This document shows positions 33,480 to 39,034 of a DNA stretch of 39,034 nt, one piece after another. The translations under genes were made by a program, and so were the position numbers. The stretch lies in IMG/VR virus record IMGVR_UViG_3300045286_000062, positions 1 to 39,034 of that record; one strand, 5' to 3'. Origin of the DNA: a virus. Its lineage: Duplodnaviria; Caudoviricetes. The notes beneath the pieces were generated by a model that worked only from the letters and a program-made list of their open reading frames with translations, had not been told where the DNA came from and did no database searches. Within the stretch, counting starts at the first letter, position 1, and every line of letters begins with the position of its first letter.

Positions 33480-36400
33480 ATGGCGACCACGGCTGAAGAA
33501 CTCCAAGTCAAGATCAGCGCCAAATTCGACGAGCTGACCCATGCGACCAACAAGGCGAAGGCCGAGGTCGTCTCGCTCAAGGAAGTCATCGCCAGCAGCT
33601 CCGAGGGCATCAAGGGGTCGTTTGAGATGCTCGAGCGCGGGATGGCCTCGTTGACGGTCCTGTTCACCGGGGGATTCATCGCACGGGGCTTCACCGCCGA
33701 AGTCGCCGACGCCACGCTCGCGGCGGCCCAACTCGCCCGCACACTCGGCACCACCGCAGACACCGCCCAAGCCTACATCATGGCGATGAAGGCCTCGGGC
33801 GTTTCAACGGACGCCTTCGCCGGGGCCGCGCAGGCGATCTCCCGCGCCATCATCACCCACACCGACGGACTCCGAAAACTCGGCATCGAGTACAAGGACA
33901 ACGCGGGCGTCCTGCTCCCCCTTGACCGGATCGTCATGAATGCGGTCGAGACCCTCAAGAAATACAAGCAGGGCACCGACCAACAGGTCGTCGCCATGGC
34001 GATCTCGCGCCGGGGATACCAGGACCTGATCCAGCTCACCAAGATGAGCAACGAGTCGGTCGCCGACGCCACCCGTCTGATGAAGGAGCTGGGCCTCCAC
34101 ATGGACCCCGAGCAGGCGAAGGAATACCGGCGTGGCATGGCTGAGGTCAAGGACATCTTCGAGGCGGTGCAGATCCAGATCGGCCAGCAACTGCTCCCCA
34201 GCCTGATCGACTTCAGCAAGTGGTTCGCCACCACCGCACCCGAGGCCATCAAGCAAACCAAGGAGGCCCTCGAGGAGCACTCGCGGGCGATCAAGGCGGT
34301 GATCCAGGTCGCGGCGGAGCTTTGGGCTGGGAACAAGGTCGCGCTGTTCTTCCTGTCCATCGTCCCGGCAGCCCAGAGCGCCATCGGCTCGATGACCCTC
34401 GCGGCGGCGGGCATCACCACCATGAACACCGTCTCCAACACCTTCGCGGCCACCGCTGGGGGGACCATGGGCTGGATCGGCCTCGCCCTGTTCGGCCCGA
34501 TGGGGGCTGGCTACCTGCTCCAGAAGATCGATGCGGTCAACAGCGGGATCTCGACGATGCTCGACAAGTTCGGCATTGGCAAGGTCAACATGGCCGACAT
34601 CAAACAAAGCGCGACCCTCGAGGACATCAACCGGAGGCGGCACGAGAAAGGTCTGCCCGACCTCGACGCCCGCGAGCTGCGCCAGCTCCAGGGCGCGACC
34701 AGCGGCGGCACCGGACCCGGCAAGGGATACCTCTCCCTCATGTCCGAGGCCGAGTCGAAGTATGGACTCCCGCCCGGCGTGCTCAAGGCCATCGCGGGAC
34801 CGGAGAGCAATTGGAACCCGAAGGCGGTCAGCCCTGCCGGGGCGCAGGGCCTTATGCAGCTCATGCCAGCGACCCAAAGCGCAGTGGGCGTCACCAACCC
34901 GTTCGACGCCTCGCAGTCCATCACCGGGGCGGCCAAGCTGCTCAAGGAGCTGTTCGATCATTTCCATGGTGACATGGAAAAGACCGTGGCCGCCTACAAC
35001 GCCGGGGCACCGGCTGTGGACCGGGCCGTCGCCAAAGATCCGAAGGGCTGGCTGTCGCTGCTTCCCAAGGAGACCCGTGAGTACGTGCCCAAGGTCATGG
35101 GCGGGATGGGCGGCATCAGCGCACCCCCCGAGCTGCTCGAGGAGCCTGGCCTGATGGATGCCAAGCGCCGGGCGCTGGAGCAGGACATCGCCAACGAGAC
35201 CAGCCAAAAGCAGGCCGCCATCGCCAAAGAGAAGGCCATGGTGACCGCACAGTACAAGGACGAGCGCATGAGCGCGGAGGACTACTACGTCAAGCTAAAG
35301 GAGATGGACGACGAGAGCACCAGGATCACGGTCGACAGCCTCCGCAAGAAAAAGGAGCTGTACCTGGCCCAGCTCAAGGAGCAGGAAAAGGGCACGGTCG
35401 AGTACGTCAACACCCAGACCCAGATCAAGGCCATCGACGGACAGATCGCCGAGGCGCAATCGAGGAACACCGCCAAGATGGTCGAGGACGCCAGCCAGGT
35501 CGTCCAGGCCCACAAGGCGCTGCAAGAGGCGCTCGACAACACCAAGGCCAAGCTCGACGCGATCAGCGGGAAAAACTCGTTCGACCTCGCGCCCACGCGA
35601 TCCATCGTCGCCGACAAGTACAAGGACGAGCTGAAGGCCTTCACCCAGGCAGGGTCCCAGGAAGGGATCGACCTGACCAACAAACTGATCGACACCGAGG
35701 CCGCCCAGGCCAACCTCGCCAAGATCAAGGCCGCCTTCGACACGACCGTGTCGGAACTTCAGGCCAAGGAGCAGCAGTACAACAACGAGCGCCAGGCGGA
35801 ACTGATCAGCGAGTACACGATGCGGCAAAAAATCGAGGAGGCGCAGCGGGAGGCCGAGCCGTCCCTCCAAGAGCTGATCGACAAGTACCAGCAGCTCCTC
35901 GCCTTGCTGGGCAACCCGGACGCCTACACCAAGACCCTGACCTCCATGAAGACGAAGCAGCAGGAGGTGACCCGCAGCATGGACACCGACCTGCAAAACG
36001 TCGCCAAAAACCTCCAGACCTCTTTTGCGGATGCGCTATCCTCTATCGTGACAGGGAGCGCATCGGCGGGCGAGGCGATGGACCGTTTCTTTAAGTCGAT
36101 CCTGGACAACCTCGCCCGGCTGGCCGCCAACAAGATCAGTGACGCCCTGTTCGGGGGATTGCTGGGCGATGACAAGAGCGGAGGAGGAGGCGGATTGCTG
36201 GGGGGGTTGCTGGGCGGCCTGTTCGGCAAGCCAGGCGGAGGAGGCAGCAGCCTCACCGACTCCGAGCTGTTCACGCCCGCGTTCGCGCTTGGGACAGGCG
36301 ACACCGGACCCTATGCGGGCCTTGCCATGCTCCACCCGAGGGAGATGGTGCTGCCCCGCGAGGTCGCGGACTTTGTGCGGCAGGGATCGGCCCAGGCGGC

Positions 36401-36521
36401 CCCACAGAAGATGGCGGCAGGACCTACCCAGTTACAGGTAAACCTTTCGCCCGAAGCGATCAACATGACGCTCCGGGACTGGCTGGAACGGGAAATGACC
36501 AACATCTATGCCTCACGATAA
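33480..36521 (+). CDS. Tape measure protein with internal lytic transglycosylase (SLT) domain
   Basis: 1013 aa, helical; ESNWNPKAVSPAGAQGLMQLMPAT...AAYNAG. Confidence 0.92.
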   Translation: MATTAEELQVKISAKFDELTHATNKAKAEVVSLKEVIASSSEGIKGSFEMLERGMASLTVLFTGGFIARGFTAEVADATLAAAQLARTLGTTADTAQAYIMAMKASGVSTDAFAGAAQAISRAIITHTDGLRKLGIEYKDNAGVLLPLDRIVMNAVETLKKYKQGTDQQVVAMAISRRGYQDLIQLTKMSNESVADATRLMKELGLHMDPEQAKEYRRGMAEVKDIFEAVQIQIGQQLLPSLIDFSKWFATTAPEAIKQTKEALEEHSRAIKAVIQVAAELWAGNKVALFFLSIVPAAQSAIGSMTLAAAGITTMNTVSNTFAATAGGTMGWIGLALFGPMGAGYLLQKIDAVNSGISTMLDKFGIGKVNMADIKQSATLEDINRRRHEKGLPDLDARELRQLQGATSGGTGPGKGYLSLMSEAESKYGLPPGVLKAIAGPESNWNPKAVSPAGAQGLMQLMPATQSAVGVTNPFDASQSITGAAKLLKELFDHFHGDMEKTVAAYNAGAPAVDRAVAKDPKGWLSLLPKETREYVPKVMGGMGGISAPPELLEEPGLMDAKRRALEQDIANETSQKQAAIAKEKAMVTAQYKDERMSAEDYYVKLKEMDDESTRITVDSLRKKKELYLAQLKEQEKGTVEYVNTQTQIKAIDGQIAEAQSRNTAKMVEDASQVVQAHKALQEALDNTKAKLDAISGKNSFDLAPTRSIVADKYKDELKAFTQAGSQEGIDLTNKLIDTEAAQANLAKIKAAFDTTVSELQAKEQQYNNERQAELISEYTMRQKIEEAQREAEPSLQELIDKYQQLLALLGNPDAYTKTLTSMKTKQQEVTRSMDTDLQNVAKNLQTSFADALSSIVTGSASAGEAMDRFFKSILDNLARLAANKISDALFGGLLGDDKSGGGGGLLGGLLGGLFGKPGGGGSSLTDSELFTPAFALGTGDTGPYAGLAMLHPREMVLPREVADFVRQGSAQAAPQKMAAGPTQLQVNLSPEAINMTLRDWLEREMTNIYASR

Positions 36522-36542
36522 CCAACAGACAAGAAGACGACC

Positions 36543-36863
36543 GTGGACAAGACCGACATCAGCCAATGGGGCATGCTCATCCGACAGACCACCTTGGCGG
36601 CCCTGGTTTCAGCTTTGACGGCTTACATCGCCATGGCCCTGGTGATGAACGAGCTAAAGGTCAACGTCACCAACCTGATCAGGGAGATGAGCGAGCTGAA
36701 CACCCGGATCAAGGACCACGAGGTCCTCCAATTCCGCGTCACACGGCTGGAGATGCAGGTCGAGCATGACGGGAAGGAACTGCGGGACGGATTCAAGGAG
36801 CACAACGAAAAGGTGGAGCAGCTCTTTCTGTTGATGCAGAGAAAAGAGGACAAAGCCAAGTGA
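36543..36863 (+). CDS. Membrane-anchored coiled-coil protein (possible holin-type)
   Basis: N-terminal TM LAALVSALTAYIAMALVM followed by coiled coil. Confidence 0.55.
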   Translation: MDKTDISQWGMLIRQTTLAALVSALTAYIAMALVMNELKVNVTNLIREMSELNTRIKDHEVLQFRVTRLEMQVEHDGKELRDGFKEHNEKVEQLFLLMQRKEDKAK

Positions 36864-37399
36864 CCACGCTCACCGCCTCGAACACCTTTACCATCGCCGA
36901 CGCGGCGACCGTCACGGAATCCGTGGCGATCCCAGTCCTACCGGCCATCGTGGCCGGAAGCGGAAAAGGCCGGCTGGTTCACCCCACCCTCGGCACCTAC
37001 GACTACGACATTCCCCCGACCGCCTGGCGTAACATCGACAGCGACGCCATCATCCGGCCTGTGTGGCAGTCCACCATGACACTCGGCGGATTCGCCAACA
37101 CCCTATGGGCGGGCACCTTGCGCGACGTCGAAGTCCAGGAAATCTGGGGCAACGAGGGAGGCCTGTCCATGCGGCTGCCCCAACTGCGGATGATGCTGGC
37201 CTTTTGGCAGAAACCGCCCGACCCGCCCGCCAATTACGTCCTCTGGTACCCCAACTACATCAGCACCCTTGGCTTCAAGGTCATCATGACCGGCGTCAGC
37301 ACCAGCGGCAACGAAGTCGAGCTGGATGTCTTTTCACGTTCGGGGCTGGTCTCCAACGCCGTCACCCTAACGATGCGGATCACGGGGCGGGCACCATGA
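36860..37399 (+). CDS. Putative distal tail protein
   Basis: 179 aa just downstream of the tape measure region; GTGA coupling. Confidence 0.55.
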   Translation: MTTLTASNTFTIADAATVTESVAIPVLPAIVAGSGKGRLVHPTLGTYDYDIPPTAWRNIDSDAIIRPVWQSTMTLGGFANTLWAGTLRDVEVQEIWGNEGGLSMRLPQLRMMLAFWQKPPDPPANYVLWYPNYISTLGFKVIMTGVSTSGNEVELDVFSRSGLVSNAVTLTMRITGRAP

Positions 37400-37608
37400 T
37401 CGAAGCCAACCCCACGAGCGTCCACCTGGGGGCCACCTGCCTCGTCGCCTACCAGGGCACCCCGTGGGTTTCGGTCTTGTGGCTCGTCACGGGGCCTGGG
37501 ACCGTGGACGCCCTTTCAAGCCACACCGACGAGCGCGGCGTGGCCTATTGCAAGGTTTCGCCGACCGGGCTGGGCACGATCAACGTGCAGGTGGTGGCAG
37601 GTGCTTAA
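37396..37608 (+). CDS. Small Ig-like (Big-1-like) protein
   Basis: 70 aa; W.VTGPGTV...TDERGVAY...GTINVQV. Confidence 0.55.
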   Translation: MIEANPTSVHLGATCLVAYQGTPWVSVLWLVTGPGTVDALSSHTDERGVAYCKVSPTGLGTINVQVVAGA

Positions 37609-38623
37609 ACTGCTCCTCGGCCCCAGCGAACTGACCACCGACCCGGCTTATTCGGACTGGGGGCCTTGGACGTTCAAACCGACCACCGGAAAGTTTTGGG
37701 TACCCGACATCGGACTGTGCGGATACGCGGCGGGAATGAACCTGGACGGCAGCAGCTACGACCAGATCCTCTACAGCGTCGCGCAGTACGACGGGATCTC
37801 GTTCATACGGAATTCGAATTTTTTCATCGGCAACGGGATGGCGTTTAGCAAGAAGCACGGCACCATCCACCAAAGCGGATACCCGCCGTATTCCATCTAC
37901 GCCTTTGACGCCCTGACCGGCGTCGCCTTGTTACCGGCCCTCTACAACGGAGGCTACGAACCCGTCACCGAATGGGAGGGATTCAACCTCATCATCCACC
38001 TGGGGCGGCACCTGTACCGAGTGGACAGCGGGATCGGCGCGTACAACGGGACCGGAAGCACGCTCCTCCAAGACCTTCAACCGTTGATCGGGACGTACAT
38101 CCCGACCTACATCTCGGAAGGGGGGAGCAACACCGCCTGGCTCACCAACGATGCGGGCTACCTCCTCGAGTATTTCCCGAAGGACAACACCACCGGGAGA
38201 ATCCTGCGGATACCGGACACGCTCGCCCGAGGCCTCGGCGGGCATTACGCCCTGGACGGCACCTGGTGCGACCGGACCCTTGGAGTCTTCATTTCCCATT
38301 ACCGAGTCGTGGGGGCGTCAGACACCCACCCGAAGTCTGTGATCTGCGTATGGGCGCAGGACACCGTGCCGGTCAGCCTGTCCGTACCGGCAGCAACACC
38401 GGTACCGGCAAAAGCCCATTCAGCGGTCATCACCGCCACGCTCACCGGAGACCAGGGCGAACCCTGCCCAGGCTGGCTGGTGGACTGGTCGGCCTCCGGG
38501 GCGTCCGGGACCGTGGACCCGGCCCAGAGCTACACGGACTCGACCGGGACGGCCACCACCCGGTACTTCGGCCCCATGGCATCAGGCGGCACCGAGACCA
38601 TCACGGCGGAGGTGACCGAATGA
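37601..38623 (+). CDS. Tail protein with C-terminal Ig-like domain
   Basis: 340 aa; ATLTGDQGEPCPGWLVDWS..TDSTGTAT..TITAEV. Confidence 0.7.
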   Translation: MLKLLLGPSELTTDPAYSDWGPWTFKPTTGKFWVPDIGLCGYAAGMNLDGSSYDQILYSVAQYDGISFIRNSNFFIGNGMAFSKKHGTIHQSGYPPYSIYAFDALTGVALLPALYNGGYEPVTEWEGFNLIIHLGRHLYRVDSGIGAYNGTGSTLLQDLQPLIGTYIPTYISEGGSNTAWLTNDAGYLLEYFPKDNTTGRILRIPDTLARGLGGHYALDGTWCDRTLGVFISHYRVVGASDTHPKSVICVWAQDTVPVSLSVPAATPVPAKAHSAVITATLTGDQGEPCPGWLVDWSASGASGTVDPAQSYTDSTGTATTRYFGPMASGGTETITAEVTE

Positions 38624-39034
38624 GCCTGAAGCAAGTCTACCAATCGATGCCGGTCAACTACGACCTCACCCCCAGCACCCCGCAACACGCGAGCGATTCC
38701 TTGCTCGCACACCCCGAATTTTGGTTTGTGGCCCATCCTGAGATGCGGGATCCGCCCAGGATCTACGACGAGTCGCTGGGCGGAGGTGTCATCCCCTACG
38801 GGATCAAAGGGGTCTTCCACCGACCGTCACCGCTGGCAAGCGAGGGATCGCTGGCCTATGTGATCAGCGTCTGGATGGTCACCAAGAACTACTGGGACAC
38901 CAGCATCGGGGGGGGGCAGGGATGGTGGCTGCAGGACTTCGACTCGACCACGGGGCTGTACCTGGGCAGGGAGTGGGTAGGCAACGGGCTCGTCAACCCG
39001 CTGCCGGTCGGCTGGCCGATTTGCCAGCAGGACC
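38620..39034 (+). CDS. N-terminal part of tail protein continuing across the junction to 903
   Basis: ATGA coupling and GGAGGTG RBS; MSLKQVYQSMPVNY...; no stop before the window end. Confidence 0.75.
   Translation, partial: MSLKQVYQSMPVNYDLTPSTPQHASDSLLAHPEFWFVAHPEMRDPPRIYDESLGGGVIPYGIKGVFHRPSPLASEGSLAYVISVWMVTKNYWDTSIGGGQGWWLQDFDSTTGLYLGREWVGNGLVNPLPVGWPICQQD
38908..39034. repeat. Terminal direct repeat, identical to 1-127
   Basis: Exact match. Confidence 0.95.

Overview
The window is an apparently complete, circular, GC-rich siphovirus-type phage genome of 38,907 bp. Bases 1-127 repeat 38908-39034, which looks like an assembly overlap, and one tail gene (38620 to 903) crosses the junction. 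The host is probably a proteobacterium (inference). Gene order: leftward early operon (ERF recombinase, Gp157, small ORFs), divergent promoters, Cro/CI-like HTH, ParB-like protein, SF2 helicase, primase, C5 methyltransferase, a long structured non-coding region, nin-like genes, SSB, terminase, head, neck, lysis, tail and receptor-binding genes. I saw no integrase, full-length CI repressor, tRNA, CRISPR array or reverse transcriptase. Four things stand out. (1) Six dispersed copies of a 30-bp near-perfect palindrome (AAAGAACRTCCTGAYRTCAGGAYGTTCTTT) sit at module boundaries, one inside a gene. (2) An in-frame A-AAA-AAG slippery site at the end of the portal gene would fuse an R-S-E ADP-ribosyltransferase to the portal by -1 frameshifting. 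(3) A two-frame C5 methyltransferase is split by an HNH gene nested in the third frame, which moves motif X onto the second polypeptide. (4) A ~460-nt non-coding region is heavily structured. All family assignments come from motif recognition by eye; no database searches were run.
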